Part shown: piece by piece, positions 13,090 to 26,550 of the stretch
How the letters are laid out: each line of letters starts with the position of its first letter
How positions within the stretch are numbered: position 1 is the first letter of the stretch
From: Octopus vulgaris
Lineage: Eukaryota
Direction of reading: 5' to 3'
Assembly (NCBI GenBank): GCA_951406725.2
Contig: OX597818.1
Coordinates: 73,718,001-73,782,000 of the forward strand
DNA: 64,000 nucleotides
Notes under the pieces: model-generated
Told to the model about the DNA's origin: nothing
Databases searched by the model: none
Seen by the model: only the letters and a program-made list of their open reading frames with translations
Position numbers and translations under genes: made by a program

Positions 13090-13990
13090 ATTAAACGCAG
13101 TCTTTGAGTTCTTTTCGTTGATATGTTATTGCCAGAAGTTCTAGCATAAGAATAAATATATTCATTTCAGGGCAATTATAGTGAATAAGTCTCTGGATTT
13201 AAGTCGGTCCTCTATATAGTTATATGATATTCATAGTAACTAGATGTCATTTAGTATTCAAAATGGGTTGGGATATTTCTAAACTTTGATAAATCGAAAA
13301 TATAGTTCTTAAAAATAGTAAAGAAAATGTCGTATGCCACTCTCTTACAATGAATTCGTCAGGTGAAAAAAAGCCTTTAAATAACTGGAAAGAAGCTAGA
13401 TCAGTTCAGCTTTTAAAACAATGGAAAAAGGAAAGGCAATGTCTAATTTTGGTGTGATTTTGAAAGGTCATCGTAATGGTCGATAACTTAAAACTGCAAT
13501 ATTTCAGTCCCTCGCTTTATTTATGGAGCCACATAGAGCCAATTCAACAAGTTTGTCACATTTATTCTCTAATTGCTGAAGGAACTTTTCAATAGCCATC
13601 ATGTTTATCAAATATTTTAAATGGCTTCGCATTCTTCCTCCAAAACGTGCATATGAAAATCTTGACTTGCAATTTAATTCTACAATGTTGGTCTATAACT
13701 TTGTTATATTTGAGAGAAGCTCCATCTATCGAATTTAAAATGATTCCATAGATATGTGAGTGTGTACTTAAACTTAGGTATGTATTTAATAATTTCACTC
13801 GCTGTTCACCAGGTTTCGTGTTCAAACCGATTTCTAACATAACCTTGTATATTAGAATTTGTTAATAGAGAAACTATGCAGAAGTACGTCGGTTGCCAAA
13901 GGGATAGTTAGCCAAGGAGCTGCAGAGAAAGGTAGAATTTCGTGCACATCCTGTGACGCTGGATTATGTCAATGACTATAAAATTTAAAT
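13090..13990 (-). pseudogene. Possible decayed ionotropic glutamate receptor / IR exon (M1 to M4 region)
   Basis: Frame-jumping manual translation gives ILPFSAAPWLTIPLA (M1-like), NLVNSE* (pore-like), LSLST (pre-M3), IVELNCKSRFSYA (S2 start), KARD*NIAVL and LFTIIAL...IFILMLELL (M4-like), in the expected order. Many stops. Confidence 0.35.
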
Positions 13991-14069
13991 CTGAAAACTG
14001 TTCAGTTACACAAATGTGATTGTGTACCGAGATTAACGTAATCCGTGTAATGTGTGTTTGTCTATATTT

Positions 14070-15020
14070 CTCGTCGGTCAATATTTCGACTTGCTACCCG
14101 TTTATTCTGTTTTCGTCTAACTTTTTCTCCTTTTTTTGTTGTGTCGGTTCAAACCTTTATACATCCATGTAGCGCACCGCACACCCTGTTTGTTTACTTT
14201 ATTGTAAAAAAATATTCCGTGAATATTTATTGTGCGACACATAGCTCTTTATCTCTCTCTCTCTACTCTTACTTTACCTCTATCTCTTTCCACCTCTACT
14301 CTGTCTCTTTTTCCACTCTCTCTCTCTCTCTCTCTCTCTTTCTGCCTTTGCTTGCCTCTCTTTCTCTCCTATCCCTTTCACTCTGTTTCTCCACTCCCTC
14401 TGCTCGTTCGTTCTCTCTCTCTCTCTCTCCCATTCTTTCCCTCTCTCAATAGTTATTCTTCCCTACCACGCGACCGGTGTCTGGTGAAGGGTGTGTTGTT
14501 TCTTCTTCGAGCTGCCTTTCACCGCTCTGGTCAGACTGGTCTGGGCTCATGTTACGTCCATTAGGACTTACTTAATTTCATCTTTGTGCAATTGCACTAA
14601 GTTCGTTCATTAGCCGCAATTCTCTTACTCTTGTATTTGTGATTGATGAATAATTATTACTTTTTCTTGTCCTGTATATATCTGCAAGGATTCGTACTGT
14701 TATATATGCATAATTTTTGGTATGTTATCTCTATATAATGTCTTGTTAGTTTCTGGCTTACTATATATTCACTAGCATTTCCCCAATAGATTAATAACAG
14801 CACTGGCGCCTCCAAAATTAAGTGCTCTCAATGGCAATGGCGCGAAACCACTATGATATTTTGGGTCATTGACTGACGTAAAAATTTCAACTGCGAATAT
14901 TCCACATATCGTTTCTATATTTTCCGTCCGTTAAGTTTTCGTCTAGTTTCCCGTCTGCTCCGTTTTCGTCTAACTCTTCCTCCTTGTGTTCCGTCTGTTA
15001 ACCCTTGATACATATTTATG
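14070..15020. mobile_element. Non-coding repeat with diverged terminal direct repeats and an internal (CT)n tract
   Basis: ctgttttcgtctaactttttctcc...aacctttatacat (~14107-14165) resembles ccgttttcgtctaactcttcctcc...aacccttgatacat (~14960-15013). Confidence 0.5.
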
Positions 15021-15317
15021 TATGTGTGTGTGCATATTGTTGTTAATTATCTGTTATATACCGTTTCTAGCAAGATGTGTGTGTGTGTGTGTTGTGTATA
15101 TATGTATATATAGCTGTTAACTATCTGTTACCTACCGTATCTAACAAGATAAAGACGTTTAGTTGTACTTTTGTTAATGCAGGTAAATGTGAACATTGAA
15201 TAATATTGAAGAGCAAACTGAATGACATCTTTATTAGGCTATGACTGTACTTATAACAGCAACATCAACAACAGAATCAGCATCAGAAACAGCGGCAGCA
15301 GTAGAAGCAGTAGAAAC

Positions 15318-15386
<69 letters not shown>
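15318..15386. repeat. (AGT)n microsatellite
   Basis: Direct reading. Confidence 0.95.
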
Positions 15387-15387
<1 letters not shown>

Positions 15388-16149
15388 TGTTCGGGTTGAT
15401 AGAGGAAGGAATTAGTTTTTAAATCACGATAATGGGGCTGGTCGATGTTGATGTAGCTGTCGTTGTTAAAGGAATATTTATTTTTAAGCAAAAAACATCG
15501 AGAAATCAATTTATTTTATTTCATTCCATACCAGCTTTTGTGTGCAGTTTTATCCATTCTGCATCACATTTATATTTCGATTAATACCTTTCGGCTTTTA
15601 GTGTTGTTGCTATTGCTGGTGACGCTGCTCTTATTGACGTTGTTTTCTGTTCTTACTCTATACTTAATTCTACATAAACTAATTTTTCTACACTTAAAGT
15701 TAACCCTATTTACATCTTGCTCAACTGCTAATTTCACGAAATACATATCAATTTATAACCAATTTTCTCTTTCATTTCCTTTCCATCATTTTCTTCGCTA
15801 TATTCCTATACGTTTCTTAGCATTGCTGACCTTGTTGTCATCGTGGTTCTTCTAGTTAGTGTTTTTATTTCCGTATTTGGTTCATTACTGTTGTGCATTT
15901 AATGTTGACGTCGTTGCTATTATATGTGACGTTATTCGTGGTGTTGCGCTCGCTGCTTTTGTTGTTAATGTGTTTGCATTCCGATACTGGATTTATGGTC
16001 TTTCTTTTTTATATCTGCTTCTTTTCTTTTCTTTTCTTTTTTTGTTCTTTAAAATGTTTTGACGAAGCGAGTAACAAAGATGATGACGATGGAAGATAAA
16101 TGGAAAGGAAATGGTGGTGACAGCAAATGGGAGGCAGAGAAATTGCTTT

Positions 16150-16358
16150 CTACTTTAGGAACCTGACTTCAAATTTTAGCGGATGAGCGTTGGGTATTAC
16201 AATGCGCCCAGTTCTCGATTGATTCGTAATTTCTTGACTGACCCTGAGAGGGTGAAAGGCAAAGTCGGACACGACGGTATTTGAACTGAGATCATAAAAC
16301 CGGTTAGAATGCAGCTAAATATTGTCTAGCGTGCTAACGATTCTGCCTACTGGCCGCC
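16150..16358 (-). mobile_element. SINE family B copy
   Basis: gaaaggcaaagtcgg...atttgaactgag...gcgtgctaacgattctgcc matches the reverse complement of the family-B head. Confidence 0.7.
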
Positions 16359-16557
16359 CTAGAGAGATGGGCGTATCATATCACTACTGCTGTATGTGGG
16401 ACGATTACGATGACAGAAATACTGGGTGGGGAAAGGAAGAGGAGAGGGAAAATACTTATATCTCTCATCTTCACTTACTACGGATGGACATTTTGTTTTA
16501 TATATTTTATATATTTGTGACTCTATGGATGCATGTGTGCATGAGAATGGGATATAT

Positions 16558-16591
<34 letters not shown>

Positions 16592-16783
16592 GTAACACAC
16601 ACACACATAACTATAACTATACATGTACGTGCGTATGTGTGTAACAGTATATCAAGCAATATAATTATACATCTATATACATACACACATATATACATAT
16701 ACCCAAATACATATATATATGTGTGTGTAATATATGTGTTTAAAAGATTGATATATGTATTCGTTTGCTCATGTATACACGCG

Positions 16784-16832
<49 letters not shown>

Positions 16833-16853
16833 GTGCGTGCATAAATATGTATG

Positions 16854-16904
<51 letters not shown>

Positions 16905-16908
<4 letters not shown>

Positions 16909-17314
16909 TATATAGAAGGAGCACACAGAACTGTTTCATTCAAGAGAAATCTTCAGGAAGCTAGTTAACAAGAATTGTATTGGCATTTATACATTTAGGC
17001 ACGTTTAAAGGGGTGGTGGTGGGGGACTTTTTGGGGGTAGGCATAGGGCAAAATCATACTTGGGGAGTGGTCAGAGTCAGTGAAATTAGATAGAAGAATA
17101 AATAAAAGAATAAAAAAGGAGAATAAAAAAATATATAGAGGAATAGAGTTTTAGGTAATAAGGAAAATCTCACTATACCTATATATGTATACATATATAT
17201 ACACACACACACATATACATACTCACATACATACACACACACCCATATATATATATATATATATACATACACACACACACATACATATACATACATATAT
17301 CTACACACACATAC

Positions 17315-17355
<41 letters not shown>

Positions 17356-17380
17356 TATATACATACACATATACATGCAC

Positions 17381-17411
<31 letters not shown>

Positions 17412-17511
17412 CACACACATACACATACACACATACACACACATATATATCCACATACACACATGCACACACAACACACAAGTCCCTATATACTCATAAG
17501 TACTTATAACA

Positions 17512-17562
<51 letters not shown>

Positions 17563-18235
17563 ATATGTGTACCTATTCATACCTACACATACACACATAT
17601 ACACATACAAATACAAACCCATTCCTAATTTTAATTTTATTATCTTCATTTATTACTTTGTTATCTTTGACCGCTGGTCACAAACATCTTGGCTACGACA
17701 ACCAGTCCCTTTTATCTTTCTACTTGAGCACAAGCACTGTACACTCATACACATACACGCACGCAGCGTGCACATACGTACGCACCTACAGAATATCTTA
17801 GAAGACTAGTATACATATACACCAATAAATATATATACACACATACATATACACCTACATACAAATACATACATACATCATAACTCTACGTACCTACATA
17901 TACCTAAACACACGAGCGTACACGTATATGTACTTATACACATACACATACCCACGCATATATACATACATACACATATATTCTCTATTCCTCTATATAT
18001 TTTTTATTCTCCTTTTTTATTCTTTTATTTATTCTTCTATCTATTACCACTGTCCTTGACCACTCCCCAGTATATTTTTTTGCGCTATGCCTACCCCAAA
18101 AAGTCCCCCACCACACCTTTAAACGTGCCTAAATGTATAAATAATACAATTCTTGTTAACTAGCTTCCTGAAGATTTCTCTTGAATGAAACAGTTCTAGT
18201 CCTGTAGAAGCTCCTTCTATATATAAATTATATAT
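16905..18235. repeat. Inverted repeat (arms ~16905-17150 / ~17982-18230) enclosing ~830 bp of CA/TA microsatellite; HHR in each arm
   Basis: ctgtttcattcaagagaaatcttcaggaagctagttaacaagaattgtat is exactly complementary to 18145-18193; homology continues through the aaaagtcccccaccac segment. Confidence 0.95.
18162..18212 (+). ncRNA. Type I hammerhead ribozyme with canonical core; predicted cut after GUA (18206)
   Basis: agcttc-CTGAAGA-tttc tctt gaat-GAA-ACAG ttctagtc CTGT-A-gaagct. Six-bp stem I, 4-bp stem III, weak stem II with a U.U first pair. Confidence 0.75.
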
Positions 18236-18269
18236 GTATTGAGTACCTATTTACTGTGGTTAACCCCGA

Positions 18270-18313
<44 letters not shown>

Positions 18314-20003
18314 GGGAGAGAGAGGGATTCGTGTGTGTGTTGATAGATAGATAGATAGATAAACAGATAGACAGATGAACTGCATTAATGTAAGCAAGTC
18401 TCCTTCTACATGCACAAGTGCCCTTAAAATATCATCATCCATAGAAAGCTAAAAAGACAAGAACAGCGACAATTACTAAAATAATTCCGACCAGCAGTAA
18501 GGGCGCCATCACTAACGACAACAATAACGAAAACTTTATTTCACAACCATGCTTTATTGAATTCCTTATATAATCCCTTCAGAACGATTTTCAGTCTACC
18601 AGAACTCATTCGCAAGAGTTATGGCAAAAGGAAAAAAATAATAATAACGGAAACTTTAATCTTGACGCCTGTTCATGAGATCGAACCTGACACATCGCGA
18701 TTTGTTTTGTGTGTGTGTGCATGTGTATGAGTTTATATATAGATGCGTATGTATTTTTCGCAATGAAGCTGCTTACTTTGTTGCATCTTTAGTTCTTGTA
18801 TTGTTTCCTATTGTTGATCTCGCCACACTTGCAAATTCCTGCTGCCGATTATTCAATTCATTAGTATTGTAGTACTTGTTGTTGTTGCTATGTTGGTGTT
18901 GTTGGCGGTAATGGCGGCGGAGGCAGTAGTAGTGGTGATGATAGTGGAGGTGTCGAAATGTTGTTGTAGTTATTTGTGACATTGATTGGGTAAGGGGTGG
19001 GGTTCCTAATATACTAGTTATCGATTTTTTTGTCTTACTTTTCTTACTGTAACTGATACACGCTGACGTTCTCTCTGTTGCAGTTGCAGTAGTAGTAGTA
19101 GTAGTAGTAGTAGCGACAGCAGCTTCAGTTGTTCTTGTTGTTGTCATCGTTGCTGTTGTTTCCTGTCACATTTGGCATGATGGTGTTGGTAGTGGTGGTG
19201 GCCATGGTCGTGGTGGGGGAGGAGATGAAAGTGGGGTGGTGATGATGGTGGAGAAGGCACTTAATACGCTTCCTATTGATTTTTATCTTCTTTTTTTGCT
19301 CATTTTTGTTGCTATCAGTAATGGTGCTGACATTCCATTTTGCAATGATTTTAGAACATGTTGTCGTTACTGTTGTTCTAGCTGTTAATTTTGCTATTGC
19401 CGCTGCTGCTGTTGCTGCTGCTGCTGCTGTTGTGATTATTTTGGCTCTTGTTGTTTTTGTTACTACTTAACTCTTCATCGATTATGTTATTTTTAATATC
19501 AGTGTTGTTCTTCTTCTTTTGTATATTCTTGTGCACAAAGAATACATGGTTCCACAGCCATCATCATTAAGTCTTTGTTTTATAAGACATCGTCAGTAAA
19601 GTCTTTATTCAATCTAAAATACGTTCGGTTCGTTAGCAAACATAGAATTTAGCTAAACAAAACGTAGAAATTTCACGCCTTTCAGACAATTGTGTAGGGT
19701 ACTATTATATTTGTATGCCACTGAAAATTGTTACCTTTATGTATACTAATTTTATTCATCCTGATTTTACAAACGAACTCATAAAACCATGCAGGTTTTA
19801 AGCAGCATCAAATCGATTGTATAACTAAAGTGCACATCGCCTAATTATATATATTTGTAAAATATACAAACAAACCCACCTATATATACACACATACACG
19901 CATACATAGACAAACACACACACATACATACATAAATGTATATAGATATATATGTGTGTATATATATGTATATGTATATATATGTTTATATATACATGTA
20001 TAT

Positions 20004-20102
<99 letters not shown>

Positions 20103-20611
20103 CACACCAAGCATTCTGAATGTTAATATTTGCGCTGTTCTAGAATCAACGCTAACCACCAATCAACATCACATCCTAATATCAGCATTGAATGCTCCGA
20201 GTTATTTTTGGATTAGCTTCACACCATCAAAATACTTTTCTTATTTTCACTACCTGTATAGAAAATCCAAACGACCAGTACCTATTTGATTATCTCCCTT
20301 CCAGTAATAAAACTATCTCTACTATCTCTTATACGTATCTACTCTCTAAAAACACCATCTTCAATTAATTGAAAGGACAGGTATATCTCTCCACATAGAT
20401 CTAGCACTTAACCGCCACTGTTATGTTAGATGCAGTCGGGTACGTTACCCTATATTTGTTTGCATTATATAGTGATAAAACGTTGCAGCATTTGTTCCGA
20501 CTTATTATATTTTTGGGTCAAATCTCATTTTTTTCTCTGAAATGTGAAATGCTCGTAACCACTTTCTACATAGCCCATAACACGTTCGTGAGTGTGGAAC
20601 TACAAGTAATA

Positions 20612-21914
20612 AAACCATAAATAATTTTTTTTTTTCAATTGCTTCAACCAAAAGTCGGAGTGGGACGGGATAAACTATCTGCATCAACTATAAAAGCTAT
20701 AAATTTACTACCTGCTTTTATAGCAGATAATAATTTTACCTTTTACTTATTCTTAGTGCAAGTTTGGAATAGTGCAGTTCGATTTTAACAGTTGTGTTTT
20801 CAAAGCTATAATAGAAGTGAGGAAGGAGCATATTCGGCATATTTTGTTTTATGAGTCCATTGAAGGCAACAACGCAACGGAAAGTGCGAGGAATATTAAT
20901 ACAGTATATGGGGATCGGACAATAAACGTAACCCTGTGACAACGGTGGTTCCAGAAATTCTGAGCCGAAGACTACAGCCTAGAAGACGAGCTTCGTCTTG
21001 AAAGACCTGTAGAGCTCAACAAGAACGTCCTGCAAACTCTGGTGGAACAAAATCCCATCGTAACTGTTGAGAACCTAGCAGCGAAGCTTGGATTTGGTCA
21101 TTCAATCATTCATCGACAGCTGCGTGTCATCGGAAAAGTCAGCAAATTTGGGTCAACGGGATCTTCACAAACGTCTCCAGTCTAATCGCGCGCAGAAAGT
21201 GAATGTGTGCTCTTCTTCGCTGTCACGTCTCACGAATGAATATTTTTGGACCTAATAGTAACTGATGACGAGAAATGGGTTCCCTATAAAAATGTCAATC
21301 GCCGAAGACATTGGGTAGGGAAAGGCGAATCACCGGCACCTCAGGCTAATGTAGGTCTTCACCTACGTAAGGTGTTGTTATCTGTTTGGTGGGATATGAG
21401 ATGTTTCAACTTTTATACCCAAATCAGATGATAACAAAGGAGATCTAACACAAACAGCCTGAGCAGCTTAAGTCAGCGCTAGAAGTAAAACGACCATCTT
21501 TAGTTTCAAGACGAAAGGTATTTTCGATCAGGATAATGCTCGGTCACATACAGCGAGGGTGACATTCGAAAGAGTAGTGCACTTTGTATCGGAAACGCTG
21601 CCCCACTCACCCACCAAATTAGCTAGACTTTGCCCCATCTGGTTATCATATATTCCACAGTATTCAAAATCATTTAAACGGAAAAACAATGAATTCTGTA
21701 GACGTAGTCAGAACAGTACTGCAGGAGCATTTTTCGTCACGGACAAGCAAGTGAATCTTGGAAAAGGGGCCTTGAAATTCTAGCATATATAGAGAAAAGC
21801 ATTGTTGAAAATGAAGGGAAGTATATTTTAGATTAAAAAATAAATCTGTTCATCTAAATTTTGAAAAATAAAAGAAGTACAAAAAAACTGCATTGTTTAT
21901 GGGATGACCCAATA
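20612..21914 (+). mobile_element. Decayed mariner (Tc1/mariner) DNA transposon
   Basis: KEHIRHILFYE...NATESARNI HTH (~20820), LIVTDDEKWV (DD34D first D), HLRKVLLSVWWD, QDNARSH, SPDLAP-like segment. 3' TIR aaactgcattgtttatgggatgacccaa-TA; 5' TIR only partial (ccataaataat ~20615). Confidence 0.92.
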
Positions 21915-22721
21915 TTTTTATTTTACTTTTCAACTAACGGCGCACACTGAACATCAGCGCAGAGTACAATGGGGAGGAGTCGATTTGTGTGGTGTTTCTA
22001 ATGAGTCGAATAACTACCCATCAATAATTCGCTGATCATTTTTAGTTAGGAATCTCCTATGTGGTCAGTCGACCTATTACTTACCGCAGGTAATATAAGA
22101 TCCTAATCCTTTGTATTAGGGAAAGAAAGGACTCTTGCAATGACTAGATACCCTATGACATCAGAATGAAATAGCATGTTCAAAGCTGGTAAACATGTTA
22201 TCATATATGCAATGCATGGCAAGGGTTTGAGCCCAAAATAATAAAAAAATTTTTTTTTAAACATTGAAGCTCCGATCAGCTCCTACCTTGTCCCTTCACT
22301 TGTTCCAACACTATTAAATACTCTAAGAACCCATACCACAATGTTTTCGATATTTCTAAGTCAACATTTTCCCTCATCCCCAATAATTTTCGTATAATAA
22401 TATTATATAGTATGTATGTGTGAATGTGCGTAGGAGTGTTTTGTTATTTGGTTATAAAAAATAAGTATATTTAAATATTTATATCAATATATAGGCATGC
22501 TGCTTATAAACAAATATACGGATATAGAGAAACGATATATAGAAAATGTATATACACGACTAAGCACAAATGGTAAAATATTGATGTAAATGTTTTACGA
22601 GGAATGTGATATATATAGACATACACATATGTGTGTGTGTGAGAGAGACTGAGTGTATGTGCGTAAGAGTGTATGCATATAATAGAAATATTAAAATTAC
22701 TAAGTCTCTCTAAAAGACTAC

Positions 22722-22764
22722 GCTACATTGACAAAGGGCAAATACCCTGAAACGCGTCTGTAGC
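22722..22764 (+). ncRNA. Minimal type I hammerhead ribozyme, U3:A8 variant; predicted cut after GUC (22758)
   Basis: gctaca-TTGACAA-aggg caaata ccct-GAA-ACGCGT-C-tgtagc. All three stems pair; stem III is palindromic. Confidence 0.85.
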
Positions 22765-22924
22765 TGTCTGACTAGCAGTGTGAAGCGGCTGACCTCCCTT
22801 GTTCGAAGGTTATAATGGACACAGTTTGTGTGTCAAATAGCTATCTTAAGGCGATGGCCTCATGGAGCTAATCAGCGACAGCTTTTAGTCTTATATCATA
22901 TTAATATGGCGATAAAAATTAATG

Positions 22925-22991
<67 letters not shown>

Positions 22992-22999
22992 TCAAAATG

Positions 23000-23187
23000 T
23001 GACCGCGTGTGTACCGTCGGCGATTATTTTTCCTCCGTCTTCCCTTCTCTGGATCTTTCCTTTTCCAATGTTTCTGACGAAGTGCTCCGCTCGAACCGCT
23101 CCCTTCCTCCCTGAGCGTCCAATAATACTATATTTGTTCCACGACCTCCCGTTGTTGTGTTTTCTCTTTGTGTTTTCATGTTTGGAT

Positions 23188-23190
<3 letters not shown>
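23000..23190 (+). mobile_element. Short non-coding element with a decayed HHR (23071-23100), inserted in (TA)n
   Basis: gttt-CTGACGA-agtgc tcc gctc-GAAc. The GAAAC and stem III are damaged. Confidence 0.5.
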
Positions 23191-23236
<46 letters not shown>

Positions 23237-23259
23237 GTGCGTGTGTGTGTGTGTTTATG

Positions 23260-23290
<31 letters not shown>

Positions 23291-23999
23291 ACATATATGT
23301 ATTTTTAGGTCTGTGTGCGCGTTTATGTGTGTATGTCTGGGTGCGTGTATGTACGTATGCATGTGTGTAAATGTGAAACTCAATAGAGAAAGACACTGGG
23401 TTATATATGTTCTTTATGGTTCTATATTTTAGTTAGAAACAGTGACACATATATTTGGAAAATAAAATATCATTGGAATTTATTCGCTTTTGTGCATGCG
23501 TATTTAAACGTGTATTGACTTAAATATATTTGCTTCGGTAGAAAATAGATGAATTATAGATAAAACTACACCAATTTTGGAAAATATAGGCATTAAAACT
23601 ATACGAATGGAGTAGTGTATATAGCTCATATTGAATATACACAGAAAGCTAGAGCTAAATTTAGAGTACGTAATATATAGGTAGTTTGTATTTCGTAATT
23701 GACCTGCTAGATATAGCAGGCATATTTTTCCTCACACTTAAAGGACGGAAAGATACTTTGGTGAAATAAGCCGTATATGCGTCACATGTCTAAACAATAA
23801 ATATTTGACCAAACTTCAGGCAGTCTAATAAGTAGTTAACATCAGTCTATCCCTGATGCAAGTGCACTCGTTAGATACTCGACATTTCAACGCAATTCGA
23901 TGCAAACCTGCGACGTGACAGGTTGTATTTTACGTGCTTGGTTACCCGGAGAACCAAAGCAAACAGCAAACTCAAAAAAACCAAAGCAAACAACATGTC

Positions 24000-24968
24000 A
24001 TAGGTAAACATTTGTTGTTACGAAACGTGCGTACCAGAAAGTTTTCGAGATTTCGATCGGGGAATTTTTCAGTTCAAAATGCAAATTGCACTGGCCGGTT
24101 AGCCATGAGTAGAAGCGAGAAAATGAAGGTAGTCACATTAACTCTTGTTATAAAACCATAATGATGGCTGATATTCTTTAAATATCCATATAGAATGTTG
24201 GAAACCATCTGCATCAACTTGGTTAAATCAGAAGGCTCGATGTTTGGATCCTACATTAATTGAATTAGGGTAACCTGCAACAACAGGTTATTCGTTGCAT
24301 AAACCTACAGAAAAATGTCCCTTTTTTAAGAGACTGGTGACAATCGATGAAAAATCAATCGGTATAACAATGTGAAGCACAAACAGTCATGGGGGAGGCG
24401 CAACGTACCATGACAAACAACCTCTAAAGCAGAACCTCAATGAAAGAAAGTTATGCTTAAATTTTTGTGGGATTTGAAGGGTGTTGTCTTTTACAAGCTT
24501 CTTTCCACTGACAGGGACATCGATTCGGTTGTGTACTGTGACCAGGTGGATGAAATAAACCAGAAAAACTCAGCGTTTGCTAATCGCAAGAGCAGTGTCT
24601 TTCCAAACAACAATACCAGGTGATACAGTTCTTTGCAAACGCGGCTTGCAAAGAAGGCTTGGGTGTAATGTTTTACTGCAGTTTCCATATTCTTCCACCC
24701 TTGCGGCTTCAGATTTACAACTGTTTTGGTCTCATCAAAATTCATTGAGTGGACGGACATTCCACATTAAGAAGGATGTAAAAATCCACCCGGAAATATT
24801 ATTCACCAGGAAAGACATGAAATTCTTTGAACAAGGTATAAGGGATTTACTCACAAGCTGGTTGAAGATAGTGGAATTAAACGGTAAATATATAATTGAA
24901 TTTAATACATCACTTTGTACCATTTTTGTCGATTAAAAAACTGAGTGGATGTTTCGGCCAGGCCGATA
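24000..24968 (+). mobile_element. Heavily decayed mariner transposon
   Basis: RKFSRFRSGNFSVQN, LVTIDEKSI.YNN, KVML..WD.KGVVFY, YSSTLAASDLQLF (equivalent to YSPDLAPSDYHLF), FFEQGIRDLLTSWLKIVELNGKYI. Confidence 0.88.
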
Positions 24969-26279
24969 CAAAACAGGGTGTTAAAGTGTGGAACAACTTA
25001 AACATGATGTGCTACTAAAACCCTGCCTTGCACGTAAACACTTGCATCAGGCATCCCGATGTTTTGTGTCGACGGAGCATAAGTGATTTCCTAGTGGATG
25101 ATTCCAGTTGCTATTTAGTTCTATGTGAAATTTCTTGGTGAGACTTTTTATCTCGCATTGATAATAATGAATCACCGTTTCATTCAAAGTCAAATATTAA
25201 GTTGGTCAATCAACTGAAACACTAGCTCATTGAATTACTGTAAAAGTGGCCGAGTACTGCACATCATGTATGAATATAAAGAAATTTCCTGATGGAAGCA
25301 ATATGGCACAGTAGGGCGGGTATGGTCCTTTAAAATACAGGTATTGTACGCATTTTCCATACACTTGATTTTACTCACAGGATTTGGCTCCCTCGTAGTA
25401 AGAAAGAAACCGGGACAATGTGATTCCGAAGCGAATACCTTCACCATTTGGCCGTATTGCGCCATTCATATGAATCTAGCCCGTAATTATCCGTTATGTT
25501 ATTTCATGCTTTCAGAAGTTGCTGGCAACGTTTTGAGCAAATTCAGAGTCGTGCAAAACACGTAAATCGTACAGTAAGATATTTTGCAAACATATAATTT
25601 CAGGTTGACAAGCTATGTTTGGCTTCTAAGAATCTTAGGGTTTATTGGAAAATTTGATGATTCAAAAATATTGTATAGATTAAAATCGGATTCCAGCACG
25701 AACATTTTATTGCAAACAATTAAATCGAATTATTAAAGAAAATAATCGTTAGAAAGTGTCAAATCCTTTAATAACAATAAAATATAAAAGAAAGCATGCT
25801 ACTTGTAACTACCTCATTTTATGTGAAATATTATACCGATTCTTCTGGTTTATTTTTTAAAATAATATTATGAAGGGCGCAGCATATCCATTGGAAGAGG
25901 GCAACACATAGAGATTGACGTCCTTGAGAAGATTACTGGAAATTTTATATGATGAAATATTACTCAAGAAATATGGGAAATGTGAGGTTATATAAGAAGT
26001 GTTAGAAAGTGAGGATGGATTATGAGAGAGAATGTCCGAGAGATAAGAGAGAAAAGGGAGGAGAGTAGATAAAGATTTAGAGAGGGAAAAGGGAGGACAG
26101 CGACAGAAATTAGAGTTGAGGAAGAAAGAGGGAAGAAAATAGAACAAAAAGAGAGTGGATGAGAGACGTGGAATGAGATGTATGAGGAAGGAGAAAATAA
26201 AGAGTATCAGGCAGATGGGAAGAGAGAATGAGAGAGAGATAGCAATGAAAATAAATAAAGAAGTGGAAAGAGGAGGAAG

Positions 26280-26280
26280 A

Positions 26281-26311
<31 letters not shown>

Positions 26312-26435
26312 GCAGCAGAAGAAGAAGAGGAGGAAGAAGAAGAAGACGAAGAAGAAGAAGAAGAAGAAGAAGAAGAAGAAGAAGAAGAAGAAGAAGAAGA
26401 AGAAGAAGAAGAAGAAGAAGAAGAAGAAGAAGAGG
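26280..26435. repeat. (AGC)n/(AGA)n microsatellite within a purine-rich tract (~25980-26760)
   Basis: Direct reading. Confidence 0.95.
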
Positions 26436-26517
26436 AGGAGTTTGGAAGCGTAGAAAAAGCGTAGAAGAAGAGTTTGGAAGAGTGAAGAAGATAGGAGAAA
26501 GAAAGAGATAGAGATTA

Positions 26518-26550
<33 letters not shown>

